Assembly (NCBI GenBank): GCA_963674945.2
Contig: CAXXWQ010000003.1
Coordinates: 896,001-960,000 of the forward strand
Source: an uncultured Desulfosarcina sp.
GTDB lineage: Bacteria; Desulfobacterota; Desulfobacteria; Desulfobacterales; Desulfosarcinaceae
Length of the DNA: 64,000 nucleotides
Direction of reading: 5' to 3'
In this document: positions 11,319-20,977 of the stretch, one piece after another
Layout of the letters: each line of letters starts with the position of its first letter
Numbering within the stretch: position 1 is the stretch's first letter
The notes under the pieces: model-generated
Database searches by the model: none
What the model saw: the letters and a program-made list of their open reading frames with translations, nothing else
What the model was told of the DNA's origin: nothing
Translations under genes and position numbers: made by a program

Positions 11319-11964
11319 GTTTAAGCAGCACCTTGAGTAACTTTCCGTTTTCCAATGCCTCGTCGGGTTCAGAACTGATTCCCAGCTTTGTTTTGGCTTC
11401 GGCCATCATCCCTTTGACCTCGGGGATGGCATCCTGATGAACCGAAATTTTGATATCCACCCAGGACGTCGGCTTCCTCTCTCCGTCGCCATCACCATCA
11501 CCTTTGGGTTTTGGATCCTTGGGCAGATCGTCAGCGATAGCCAAGATGTTCTCCAATTCAATCATGGTGAAAGGCAGAACTTCCGTCATATCCCTCCAGT
11601 CCGCCGAATCTTTTAACGAATTCAGCAGCCGGCTTAATTTGGACGGATTCCTGTTTCCTCGAAGTTCATTCATCACCGCAGTGAGCAGCCGGGCGTCATC
11701 GTCTGAAACTTCACCCAGGTTATTGACCAGGATTTTTTCTTCCTTTTGGATGACAAGCTCTTTCCACCGGTGCTCCCCGTCGATGATCTCCAGATTTCCG
11801 TCTGGTTTCTCCCGGACGATCACCTCCGCGACCTGGCCGTACATCTCCAGGGAGTTGCCAAGCTTTTCCTGCATGAACTCGGTCTGTTCGTTATGGTTCC
11901 ACGGATTTGGTACCAAACGATCGATATCGACAATCTCTTCGTTGATCCTCATTTCATATGACAT
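11287..11964 (-). CDS. ParB/Srx N-terminal domain protein (paralogue of 9825-10484)
   Basis: PNPWNHN and IIDGEHRW motifs. Confidence 0.85.
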   Translation of the reverse strand: MSYEMRINEEIVDIDRLVPNPWNHNEQTEFMQEKLGNSLEMYGQVAEVIVREKPDGNLEIIDGEHRWKELVIQKEEKILVNNLGEVSDDDARLLTAVMNELRGNRNPSKLSRLLNSLKDSADWRDMTEVLPFTMIELENILAIADDLPKDPKPKGDGDGDGERKPTSWVDIKISVHQDAIPEVKGMMAEAKTKLGISSEPDEALENGKLLKVLLKHGKGGEDASS

Positions 11965-12009
11965 GGTATGATTCCATTCTATACCGATCGGTATTATTAA
12001 ATTGAAAAA

Positions 12010-12822
12010 TTATGATTCATCCTCATCCCAAACGACACCCCGTTTTGCCCACAGCTGGGTGTAACCCCGCTGCAACCGGCGCAGTTCTCGAATATTCGCA
12101 TGGATCACATAATCCACATGAGACTTGCTTCGAGACGACAAACCCAATTCACCGAACTCTGGAGTGAAAACGGCTTTCCCGTATATCGTCGGCGCCATCC
12201 AGCTTGTACTGTCCACCGAATACCAAGGAAAGGCCTGCATCAGCTTCCGGGCCGTGACCGCAAACCCATGGGTCATATTCTTGGCCTGGATGATTGCGAA
12301 AACCCTATTCATCCAATTGAATTTAGATTTGATCGACGCGTCGTTGTTTGGTGAGATTCCGATGTAACGATGGCGGGCGGCGATTCGTTCAAGCCACTTG
12401 AAATCCTCGCCCTGGTGAAAAATATGAAGAGGTGTAAGACCAGCCTTTTCGAATTGGATCATGTTATCCCATCCCTGTTTGGCTGCTTCCTCCACCTCTT
12501 TTTTGGTCGGTTTGATTCCCTGCTCCCCGGGGATCACATCGAGATTGACGATATAGATGTGATCAATCATCTCTCGATGTTGGGAGATGAAATCCTTGGC
12601 GTAGGCAATGTATTCCTTCAGATCGATATGGCGCCCGCTATTCCACGCACTGAACGCACCCGAATCCAATAGAAACGCATTGCCGGGCCGGCACCGGCCG
12701 GCGATCCCCGCAGCCAGGTCGGTGCCTTTTTGGTTCTCAAAGGAGGACAGATAATTTTTCACCCCCAGCTCGACAAACGCTTCCTCATATTGTTTTCCTA
12801 CACCGGCGAAAAAGATACGCAT
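12010..12822 (-). CDS. dpdA: TGT-fold DNA transglycosylase, DpdA-like
   Basis: LDSGAFS, NLDVIP, HGF and SVDSTSW motifs of the TGT/DpdA family; directly downstream of queF. Confidence 0.78.
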   Translation of the reverse strand: MRIFFAGVGKQYEEAFVELGVKNYLSSFENQKGTDLAAGIAGRCRPGNAFLLDSGAFSAWNSGRHIDLKEYIAYAKDFISQHREMIDHIYIVNLDVIPGEQGIKPTKKEVEEAAKQGWDNMIQFEKAGLTPLHIFHQGEDFKWLERIAARHRYIGISPNNDASIKSKFNWMNRVFAIIQAKNMTHGFAVTARKLMQAFPWYSVDSTSWMAPTIYGKAVFTPEFGELGLSSRSKSHVDYVIHANIRELRRLQRGYTQLWAKRGVVWDEDES

Positions 12823-13349
12823 TAGTCGATCCCTAACAGTGATTGAACTTTCATCATCAATCGGATGACCTCCATATCAGCAGTCCCGATACCGTCCTCA
12901 CTCTCGACAACAACCGTATCGAGCATTGGTGAGAAATATTGCACCTCTACCAGAGTATGGATCCCGCCACGAGCAGCAAAATCCATTTCAAGGACCATAC
13001 CCAACGGCTGACAAACCTCGACGAAATGTTTCAACATCTGGTTAGTGATCGATTCCATAAATTGTCCTTCATTCCGATAACTGAAGAGATAGAGTTTAAG
13101 ACTTTTCGACTCGATACACTTTTCACCCGGAACATATTTCAACCGGAAACTGGCGAAATCCGGTTGCCCTGTTTTCGGACATAGAGATGTGAATTCATCC
13201 GTCGTAAACTCAACCTTGTATGGTTCCCCGCCGGCATCCCGATTATCGAACGTCTCCAGAATACCAACCGAAGGAGTTCTGGAGTAATCCGTCTTCTTGG
13301 CGCCTAATTGAATCAACGTCCCAGCCTGATCTTTATATTGGTCATCCAT
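12822..13349 (-). CDS. queF: NADPH-dependent preQ0 reductase, type I
   Basis: EFTSLCPKTGQPDF, QueF motif ESKSLKLYL, RGGI; ATG at 13349 has an RBS. Confidence 0.92.
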   Translation of the reverse strand: MDDQYKDQAGTLIQLGAKKTDYSRTPSVGILETFDNRDAGGEPYKVEFTTDEFTSLCPKTGQPDFASFRLKYVPGEKCIESKSLKLYLFSYRNEGQFMESITNQMLKHFVEVCQPLGMVLEMDFAARGGIHTLVEVQYFSPMLDTVVVESEDGIGTADMEVIRLMMKVQSLLGID

Positions 13350-13362
13350 TGTGTTTTTCCTT

Positions 13363-13971
13363 TCACTTTGTTGCCGCCAACGCATTCACAGCCCAATAGG
13401 CGCCGGCTGCATCGGCAATATGTTCAAACATCCCACCCGGAATCTGTTTTCCGAGAAAACTGTATGTCAAACGTCGATCGACCTTACCTGCACGCTTCCC
13501 TTTCGTAATTGAGATCTCCTTGACGTCTTTTTCACCTCCGAACTTTTCAATCGTCCAGTCCATGATTTGTTCTTTGGATGCTTTAAGATCGCCAATCGTT
13601 TCCCGTTTCACATCATTCGGTGAACACCACTGGTAATCAATTACACGGACCAAGCACACACTCATGACTACAGCCAAGGCCATATTCATTTTCACAGCTG
13701 CATCCGCACTTTTTGCCCCTCCATGTGGTGCCTCACCGACGATAGATACCGGGTGAAAATTATCGAGAAGACAATTAAAACCATCGATAAGTTGCCGCAG
13801 CAAAATGGTATTTTCCTCACGCTTCGACAATTTATTTTTGCCTTTACGGCTTCTCATTTCCTTCGGAATCAAAGGTTGAACCACGCCACAGGCCCAGGGC
13901 AACCCATCTTCAAAAACAACCCACCCCAGGTTATTCAAAGCAATATCAACTGACAAAATTGGTTTTTTCAT
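13363..13971 (-). CDS. ruvC: RuvC-like Holliday junction resolvase
   Basis: ILSVD..NLGW, GE, P..VK....G...ASKEQI, HIADA. Confidence 0.8.
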   Translation of the reverse strand: MKKPILSVDIALNNLGWVVFEDGLPWACGVVQPLIPKEMRSRKGKNKLSKREENTILLRQLIDGFNCLLDNFHPVSIVGEAPHGGAKSADAAVKMNMALAVVMSVCLVRVIDYQWCSPNDVKRETIGDLKASKEQIMDWTIEKFGGEKDVKEISITKGKRAGKVDRRLTYSFLGKQIPGGMFEHIADAAGAYWAVNALAATK

Positions 13972-13978
13972 AATCTTT

Positions 13979-13990
13979 GTAATTAATTAC
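13979..13990. promoter_or_regulatory. palindromic operator-like site GTAATTAATTAC
   Basis: Perfect copy just upstream of the ruvC start; one of ~15 related sites. Confidence 0.7.
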
Positions 13991-14009
13991 TGTGATATTT
14001 GATTAAAAA

Positions 14010-14708
14010 TTAGCCAAGACTCATGCCATCATTTTCCATCCGGCTGCGGGTGATAAGCGGATCCTCCAGACCAGCCTGGTGGAAACCCTTGGCCCGCAAC
14101 ACACATGCCGGACATGTTCCACAAGGCGGATATTGCCCCTCGTAACAGGTATGACTGTACCCCAACGCATTGATGCAATCCGGGCCCAGGTCATATGCCA
14201 TTAACACCTCATCCGCTTTGGTGATGTTCATCATCGGGGTGACTATATAAATTGGATATTCCATAGCCAAAGCCAAAGTGACCTCCAACGAATCGATGAA
14301 CTGCCGGCGGCAATCCGGATATCCGGAATAATCCGTCTGGCAAACTCCAGTCACCAGAACATTGATCCCCAACTGCTTTGCGTACACGGCAGCCATCGAC
14401 AGAAAAAACAGATTTCGGCCATCGACAAATGTCGTCGGCAATTGTCCAGCCGGACATGCCACATCGATACTGTCTCGGGTCAACGCACTGGGCGCCAAAG
14501 CATTGATGAACTTCGCATCGATGATCTCATGCTCAACCCCGGCCATTTCGGCGATCTTTTTCGCACACTCCAGTTCGATCCGATGACGCTGGCCATAATC
14601 GAAAGATACCGCTACCACTTTCTCATAACGTTTTTTTGCCCAGTAAAGAGCAGTAGTAGAATCCTGACCACCCGATAACACGACAAGAGCACTATTCCCT
14701 TTGTTCAT
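14010..14708 (-). CDS. queC: 7-cyano-7-deazaguanine synthase
   Basis: SGGQDS, YGQRH, GYPDCR, CY...CGTCPAC. Confidence 0.96.
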   Translation of the reverse strand: MNKGNSALVVLSGGQDSTTALYWAKKRYEKVVAVSFDYGQRHRIELECAKKIAEMAGVEHEIIDAKFINALAPSALTRDSIDVACPAGQLPTTFVDGRNLFFLSMAAVYAKQLGINVLVTGVCQTDYSGYPDCRRQFIDSLEVTLALAMEYPIYIVTPMMNITKADEVLMAYDLGPDCINALGYSHTCYEGQYPPCGTCPACVLRAKGFHQAGLEDPLITRSRMENDGMSLG

Positions 14709-14724
14709 TGGTTCAATTCCTTTC

Positions 14725-15333
14725 TCAATAAGTTGATGACATTGAAACTAAAGTTAGAAATTCATCCTTTGATCCGCCTTCGTTATTTTTGAAAACGCCT
14801 TCCATCGCCGAAGTTATCATTGACGATCCGATCTTCTTGATACCCCGGGCCTGCATGCACAGATGTTGCCCCTCGACAACCACGGCTGCACCTTTCGGTT
14901 TGAGATATCTCATGATGTCATCGGCGATACACTTCGTCATTCGCTCCTGGATCTGCATCCGCCTGGCATGACAATCAACGAGCCGGGCCAACTTGCTTAT
15001 GCCAACCACTTTGTTTTCGAGCAGATAACCGACATGCGCCACTCCGATGAAACTCAAATTATGATGCTCGCACATCGAAAAGAAACCGATGTTCTTGAGT
15101 ATGACCATCTGATCGTAGCCATCAATTTCATCAAAACATTTGGATAGAATTTCCTCCGGCGACTGTTTATAGCCGGAATAAAGCTCACCCCATGATTTGA
15201 TAATCCGATCCGGCGTCTCCAGCAACCCGTCTCGTGACGGATCCTCGCCGATAAACAAGAGGATCGATTCCAAGGCTTCCCGTATATCATCGATTGTCGG
15301 CATTGGCTTTTTCATTACGTCTTTGGCATCCAT
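14725..15333 (-). CDS. folE: GTP cyclohydrolase I
   Basis: GLLETPDR, SMCEHH, GISKLAR, QERMT, HLCM..RG. Confidence 0.96.
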   Translation of the reverse strand: MDAKDVMKKPMPTIDDIREALESILLFIGEDPSRDGLLETPDRIIKSWGELYSGYKQSPEEILSKCFDEIDGYDQMVILKNIGFFSMCEHHNLSFIGVAHVGYLLENKVVGISKLARLVDCHARRMQIQERMTKCIADDIMRYLKPKGAAVVVEGQHLCMQARGIKKIGSSMITSAMEGVFKNNEGGSKDEFLTLVSMSSTY

Positions 15334-15337
15334 AACG

Positions 15338-15979
15338 TCACCTCAATCCCAGGTATTTATGGGCCTGAAAACTCATCCGGATATTTGGATATTTTGACAT
15401 CCAATGCAGACACCGCTTCAGAGCTTCCCCATTGTTGAACTCGGGTTGAACGAAAACTCGACTATGTTGCCAATCGATCAAATCTTCATGATCCGGGACA
15501 ATGTATTTCACTTCACTGGCATACTTTCTCAAAAGAAAACCGGTAACAGGCGCTTTGGGAGAAACCGTCAACCAATCAATCCGATGCAACACCTCCGGCT
15601 GACTCTTGGCAATCATATGGATCCGGCTGCCGTTACTTTCCATGGCCACGAAAAAACCCTTCACGATCGTCGGTCGACCCAACTCCTTCAATAATGGCAT
15701 CAGATCGTGCACCATCGGTTCACCGCCGGTGATCACCACTTGCCAGCCAGTCGGTACTTTTTCCTCACGGGTGCGCAGCTCTTTACCGATCTCTGCCGGT
15801 GTCATCATCGTATATGGTTCCATAGGGGTGTCGCAGAAGCTGCAAAAATGTGAGCAGCCACCCAAACGAAGGAAATGTGTCAAGGTACCGCAACGAGCGC
15901 CTTCGGATTGAATTGATGTAAAAATCTCAAGGACAGGATATCGTTCCCCATCAAAACGAATATCACGAGGATCACCCAT
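15338..15979 (-). CDS. queE: 7-carboxy-7-deazaguanine synthase (radical SAM)
   Basis: EIFTSIQSEG, CSHFCSFCDT, ITGGEP, SPK, QAHK. Confidence 0.93.
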   Translation of the reverse strand: MGDPRDIRFDGERYPVLEIFTSIQSEGARCGTLTHFLRLGGCSHFCSFCDTPMEPYTMMTPAEIGKELRTREEKVPTGWQVVITGGEPMVHDLMPLLKELGRPTIVKGFFVAMESNGSRIHMIAKSQPEVLHRIDWLTVSPKAPVTGFLLRKYASEVKYIVPDHEDLIDWQHSRVFVQPEFNNGEALKRCLHWMSKYPNIRMSFQAHKYLGLR

Positions 15980-16358
15980 CTTGACCCCCTTTCACCATGG
16001 CACAGGCCTCTGGAGATTCCCATACTTTGATATGTTCCAACCGTAAAACCCTCGGCCCCTCAATTGAATTCAATGCTCTTTCAATCCGATCGAATAGAAA
16101 AAGAGCCAAATTTTCAGCCGTCGGATTGACTTTGGTGAATTGATGGATGTCATTAAGGTTTTTATGATCCGGAAGGAGAAGTTTCATCATCTCCTTTAAC
16201 TTTTTGAAATCAATTAAGATTCCAACGCTGTTTAACCGAGTCCCCGAAATCTGAATCTCAACTTCCCACCGGTGCCCGTGGAGGTTTGCACAAGGACCAT
16301 CATATCCCCTCAAGAAATGAGCGGCGTCGAAGTGATCCTTGTATTCCAAATAAATTTT

Positions 16359-17406
16359 CTGGGGTATGCACTTAAATCCAGCACATACTATATGTTGTGG
16401 CCCAGGTCATCGTCAATTGGATCGAGATTTAAATTTGCTGCCCCTTCCAAAAACGGTAACGATGCACCTTTAAGAGTACTAGCTGGGGCAGGGTCCACCA
16501 TCACGGCCTGTTGGACCAGCCTGTAAAATAGTTTTCCGCGAGACACTGATGTTCTACGGTTGAACCTGAATGTGAATTCATCCAAATAGTACATCAAATG
16601 AGACGGTCTGACCGCCCCTTGATAAGTACCAAGTAACCATCGTTTCATGAGCGACGCTACCAAATGTACAATCTTCAAGTCATGCGATGGAATCGCAATA
16701 TGCTTAAATCCTTTATCGCCAAGGCTGCTATAGCCGGGCCAATCATCCGTCCTGATGGTGCTGCCTGGCTGGGCGATTTCTTGTACAAATTGAGTCAGAC
16801 TATCTCCCGATGCGTCTTCGAGGTGCCAGAGTCTAATTCGCCCAATTCCTTTTCGGCCTTTATCCTCCACGGCAATACCGACCAAAGCTTTACCTTCAGC
16901 ACCCCGACCGCGTTTTCCAGACTTTTTCCCACCGACATAGGTTTCATCAACTTCAACAATCCCGGACAATCGGTCACGTCCTGGACGAACCATTGCTCTT
17001 CGAAGTTTATGGAGCCATTGCCAGGCGGTATTATAACTCCCAAGGTTAAGTACTCTCTGAAGCCCAAGTGCATTAGCTCCGTACTTCTGACCTGTAATGT
17101 GCCACATAGCCCGAAACCAAAGAGACAAGGGCTTTCTGGTGCCGTGAAAAATTGTACCGGAAGTTATCGTAGATTGATTTCCACAATCAGTACAATGAAA
17201 CTGGGATCGTTTAGTTCTCCACGAGGATGCAGAACCGCAATGAGGGCAACGGAAGCCTTCGGGCCATCTAAGAGCCATCAAATAGTCAGTGCATCCAGCT
17301 TCAGAGCTAAATCGTTTTTCAAATTCTATCAACGTTCTGGGGTAATCTTCCTCCATAGACTGGTACACTATATGTTGTGGCCACTGGAGTCAAGTGCATA
17401 CCCCAG
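16359..17406 (-). mobile_element. IS1595-family insertion sequence (1048 bp)
   Basis: 23-bp terminal IRs matching 21/23 (CTGGGGTATGCACTT...); 8-bp TSD TAAATTTT at 16351-16358 and 17407-17414. Confidence 0.93.
16388..17368 (-). CDS. IS1595-family transposase
   Basis: Zn ribbon RWP.GF.CP.C...C..C, EVDETY, TDDW.GY, YLDEF.FRFNRR. Confidence 0.93.
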   Translation of the reverse strand: MYQSMEEDYPRTLIEFEKRFSSEAGCTDYLMALRWPEGFRCPHCGSASSWRTKRSQFHCTDCGNQSTITSGTIFHGTRKPLSLWFRAMWHITGQKYGANALGLQRVLNLGSYNTAWQWLHKLRRAMVRPGRDRLSGIVEVDETYVGGKKSGKRGRGAEGKALVGIAVEDKGRKGIGRIRLWHLEDASGDSLTQFVQEIAQPGSTIRTDDWPGYSSLGDKGFKHIAIPSHDLKIVHLVASLMKRWLLGTYQGAVRPSHLMYYLDEFTFRFNRRTSVSRGKLFYRLVQQAVMVDPAPASTLKGASLPFLEGAANLNLDPIDDDLGHNI

Positions 17407-17466
17407 TAAATTTTTTTCATTTGCCTTGACTCCTTTTTGGCATGTATGTAATTATTTTGGTTGATG

Positions 17467-17531
17467 GTAATTAATTACACCATTTCTTGTCAAGAACAAT
17501 TGCCCCCAATTTACAGAAAATTGAGATTTAT
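17467..17531. promoter_or_regulatory. divergent control region: palindrome GTAATTAATTAC (17467-17478) plus CAGAAAATTGAGATTTAT motif (17514-17531)
   Basis: Lies between the leftward queD operon and the rightward helicase; both motifs recur across the element. Confidence 0.7.
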
Positions 17532-17586
17532 CCGCTCCCATAACTCTGACCACTAACCCTACCCAACTGAAAAGAAAGGAAGGCCG

Positions 17587-19068
17587 ATGACCTATTTTCA
17601 AATCGAAAATAACCGCACTGCCCGGCTCGTTACGGATGATTTCCGAGTTCGAAATTTAGTAGCCAAGGGATTAACCTTTCAACTGCCAAACTTCAAATTC
17701 ACCAAAGCACATAAAGAGGGCGGCTGGGACGGCAACATCTGTTTTTTCAAACGCCACAGCAACACCCTTGAAGTCGGGCTGATCGATCTGGCCCAGGAAA
17801 AAGCCCGCGAAATTGGAATGATCATTCCGGTTGTCGACAAGAGACCGGATACACCCATCAAGCTCGACCCGTCATACGACATCGCTCATGTCCTCGACGG
17901 AAAAACCCTGCGGGATTATCAAGAAGACGCAATCCGGACCATCTTCACCCGAACCCGGGGCATCATCCAATCCCCGACCGGATCGGGAAAGACAGTTATC
18001 GCCGCCGGCGCCATCAAGATCGCCAACCTGTAAGGCAAACGAGTTTTATTCCTCACCCACCAAAAAGAGCTTTTACATCAAACCCAAAGATCGTTCGTCA
18101 CCTCCGGCATCGATGCCGGTATCTGTGGCGACGGAACCAAGGATCTCACCCAGATGACGATCGTTGCGACCGTCCAGACCCTGTATGCCGGGATGGAGAA
18201 AAAGGACAAGAAAGGCAACGTCATCCGGAAAGCCAATCCCGAGATCATGGCTTTGATGAAAAGCATTGATTTCCTGATCATCGACGAAGCCCATCGCATA
18301 GACTCTTTTTCCTTTTCAACCATCTGCAACCAGTGCTCGAACGCCTATTACCGAATCGGGTTAACCGCTACCCCTCTTATGAAAGGTCTTTTCGAAGATA
18401 TCTCTCTCATAGCTCAGACCGGCAACATCATTTCCCGGATCACCATTGCCGATCTGATCGCCCGCGGGCTGCTCGCGCAACCATATATCCAATTCGTGAA
18501 GATCAACTCTCCGCTGCTCAGTCAAAAACTCAAATATCCAGCAGCCTACAAACAAGGGATCATCGAAAACGATTTTCGAAACCAGGATATCGTCAACAAA
18601 GGCGTCGAATTCGCCCAAAACAACCTGACCACCCTGATTCTGGTCAGCAAGATCAATCATGGCAAGGACCTGCTCAGTCGATTCAAACGATACCCAGGGT
18701 TAAAAATTCAATTCATCCACGGATCGAAAGACACAGAAACCAGAGAAACGGCGCTCAAGGCTCTTGCGAACAAAAAGCTGGACATCCTCATTTCTTCCAC
18801 AATTTCCGATGAGGGTGTGGATATTCCGGCAGTCTCCGCCGTAATCCTCGCAGGCGGCATGAGATCCCCGATCCGCCTATACCAGCGCGTAGGAAGAGGC
18901 ATGCGCCCCAAAGCGGATGAAAACTGGGTTCTGATCGTCGATTACATCGACCTGACCAATAAGCACCTCGCCAAGCACTCGATGGAAAGATTCACCGTGA
19001 TTCGGGATGAACCAGGGTTCGAGATCGTTCCCAATTTTAATTTTTTACTGAAGAAAGCGGCCGCTTAG
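17587..19068 (+). pseudogene. SF2 (UvsW-like) DNA helicase with an in-frame TAA at 18031-18033
   Basis: LRDYQ and PTGSGKT before the stop; the same frame continues GKRVLFLTH... to DEAH, TATP and QRVGRGMR. Confidence 0.9.
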
Positions 19069-19090
19069 TCGGCAGAAAGGCAGGCTGGAG

Positions 19091-19891
19091 ATGACGGAAA
19101 AGAACTTGGAAAACCGGATTTTGAATGCAGCTAAACGATATATGGATGAAAGGTTATCCACCCTTGATTATGCAGAAATTCTTAAAGAACCAATCAAAAA
19201 AATCGAAACTGCCGTCGCAAAACTTGTTGAGGAACATTTATTTGTCGAAAGCAGAGTATACACCCCTCACAAGTGGGGAGAATCTTCTTTTTATGTCTAT
19301 TCTCGAATAATAGACTTCGCAAAAGATTATCTTGAAGACGATGAAAAAAAACTGCTCGAAAGGATATCATGCGAAGAGGCGGAGGAAAATTTTTTAGACG
19401 AAGCCGAGGATATCATTGTTGAAAAAGCGTACCCAAAACTCAATCCGGAGCTGCTTATTGTATCTGATGTTTTTTTTATCACGAAGCATTGGCAAATAAT
19501 ATTAAATCGATTCAAACGCGGCGACTTTTTCCCACTTTGGCCATCGGCTCTTGCACTTGCCAACGAATCATTTTCTTTTGAGGAATTAAAAGCCAGGATA
19601 GAACGCACCCGCCAAGAACCCATGTCGTTAGAGGACTATATTTTTTCTAATATGGCATCGGAGAGGTGTCTTGAGAAGCGAACATTCTATGCGAAACAAT
19701 ATGAAAATCTATATGATGAAAAACCCGAAGAAGTAAAAAAAGCCCTCGACTCGCTCATCGCGGATGGTTTTGTAATCTCAAAAATAGATACAGATATCAG
19801 CAAAGAACCTCCCGTACTCCTTTATCAGTTATCACCACTCGGGATAGCAACTGTTTACAACGGCTTTATAAAACCCCAAATCTTCATTTAA
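19091..19891 (+). CDS. hypothetical protein
   Basis: 266-aa ORF co-oriented within the operon. Confidence 0.7.
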   Translation: MTEKNLENRILNAAKRYMDERLSTLDYAEILKEPIKKIETAVAKLVEEHLFVESRVYTPHKWGESSFYVYSRIIDFAKDYLEDDEKKLLERISCEEAEENFLDEAEDIIVEKAYPKLNPELLIVSDVFFITKHWQIILNRFKRGDFFPLWPSALALANESFSFEELKARIERTRQEPMSLEDYIFSNMASERCLEKRTFYAKQYENLYDEKPEEVKKALDSLIADGFVISKIDTDISKEPPVLLYQLSPLGIATVYNGFIKPQIFI

Positions 19892-20105
19892 TCGGAGGAG
19901 CCATATGACAATCAAGGAACGAATTATGAAAAAATTGAAAAAAAACCCAACAGAAGAATACACCGCTAAAGAATTGGGGAAAATTTTATCTGTTAAGCGA
20001 ACAAAATCAATTTGGACAAGTTTGAATAAACTCATCGAAGAGGGTTTGATTCAAAAAAGACCAGACCCGCTTTTTGAAAAACAAATGAAATTTTCGTTGA
20101 AAACC

Positions 20106-20240
20106 CCACCGCTTGAACTATCAATTGAACCACCGCTTGAACCACCGCTTGAACCATCGGTTGAAAACAATTCGAGCCTAATATATAACATACAACATAT
20201 AATATATAATAATATACTAGAAAATAAGAAAAGAATTAGG
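20106..20240 (+). repeat. five tandem 12-bp iteron-like repeats followed by an AT-rich tract (putative origin)
   Basis: CCACCGCTTGAA x3 plus CTATCAATTGAA and CCATCGGTTGAA at 20106-20165; very AT-rich run ~20178-20240. Confidence 0.65.
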
Positions 20241-20977
20241 CGCGAAATCTCAGAATCAGATTTCAAAAAATTTGAAAAAGATTTCCAAAAAATTCTTTTT
20301 AAATATTTTTCCCTTTCCGACAAGACAGCGCCCCGCGCTGAAATCCCTTTAGTGAAAAATCCTTTCGACGAGGTAACGGAGGTTACACCTGACGTTACTT
20401 GGATTAATTCTATTCCCTTCGATGGTACAACAGGAGGAGACCCCATTTTTGAGCAAATGATCGAAAGTGAGCCGAAGGCTCACGTCGAGCATGCTTCGAG
20501 CGTAATTTCCTCCATCAGTACAGTGGAAAGGATGCCCCCGACAGAGGAGACCAGAACTCCGATCTCCCGAATGGATTCAGAGAGCCCAGCCCTACTCCGA
20601 ACCCCATACGAGGGGCCCAGCCCTGCTCACGCGGTCAGCGATCAGGCTCCATCCATCGATACCCCAATGGAGGAGAAACCCACCTCCCATGGGTTTTGCA
20701 TCGAAAAAGGTTCTCACAGTCTTATGCTCATAGAGAAACGGCAAACTGAATTCGCCAAAGATATGCAAAAGGAAAGGGCGGCCAAAAAAGGCAAAAAACG
20801 TAAAAAACCAGGTAGAGAATCTTATGATGTAAAAAAGATGAAGGAGGATGATGAACTTGTCGATAAAGGCGCCTATACCCCTCATATTCGTTATTATGGA
20901 TTGAATAACCTCGACCGTGATTATGAATTTGGCCTGGCTTTCAAAAAAATCATGGGAATTTTTTTTAAAACCAAGTT

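Larger units (their letters stand above)
15972..17420 (-). pseudogene. queD: 6-carboxytetrahydropterin synthase, interrupted within its first five codons by an IS1595-family element
   Basis: FDAAH, C.NLHGH, DH..LN, PTAENLA and VWES motifs; removing the IS and one TSD restores MKKIYLEYKDHF from ATG 17420 with an AAGGAG RBS. Confidence 0.9.

Noticed and set aside
9825..11964. ParABS partition system
   Set aside because: No ParA in the window and no clear HTH; the context favours modification- or packaging-associated ParB-N proteins
13363..13971. TnpB/Cas12-like effector for the mini-array
   Set aside because: Only 202 aa with a stand-alone RuvC resolvase layout; no Zn ribbon or REC/WED region
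12010..16349. Host tRNA queuosine operon
   Set aside because: No queA or queG/H; the TGT-like protein is short and lacks the tRNA-TGT Zn motif; the cluster is linked to terminase
18031..18033. Alternative genetic code or programmed readthrough
   Set aside because: TAA, TAG and TGA all terminate neighbouring genes normally; this is an isolated stop
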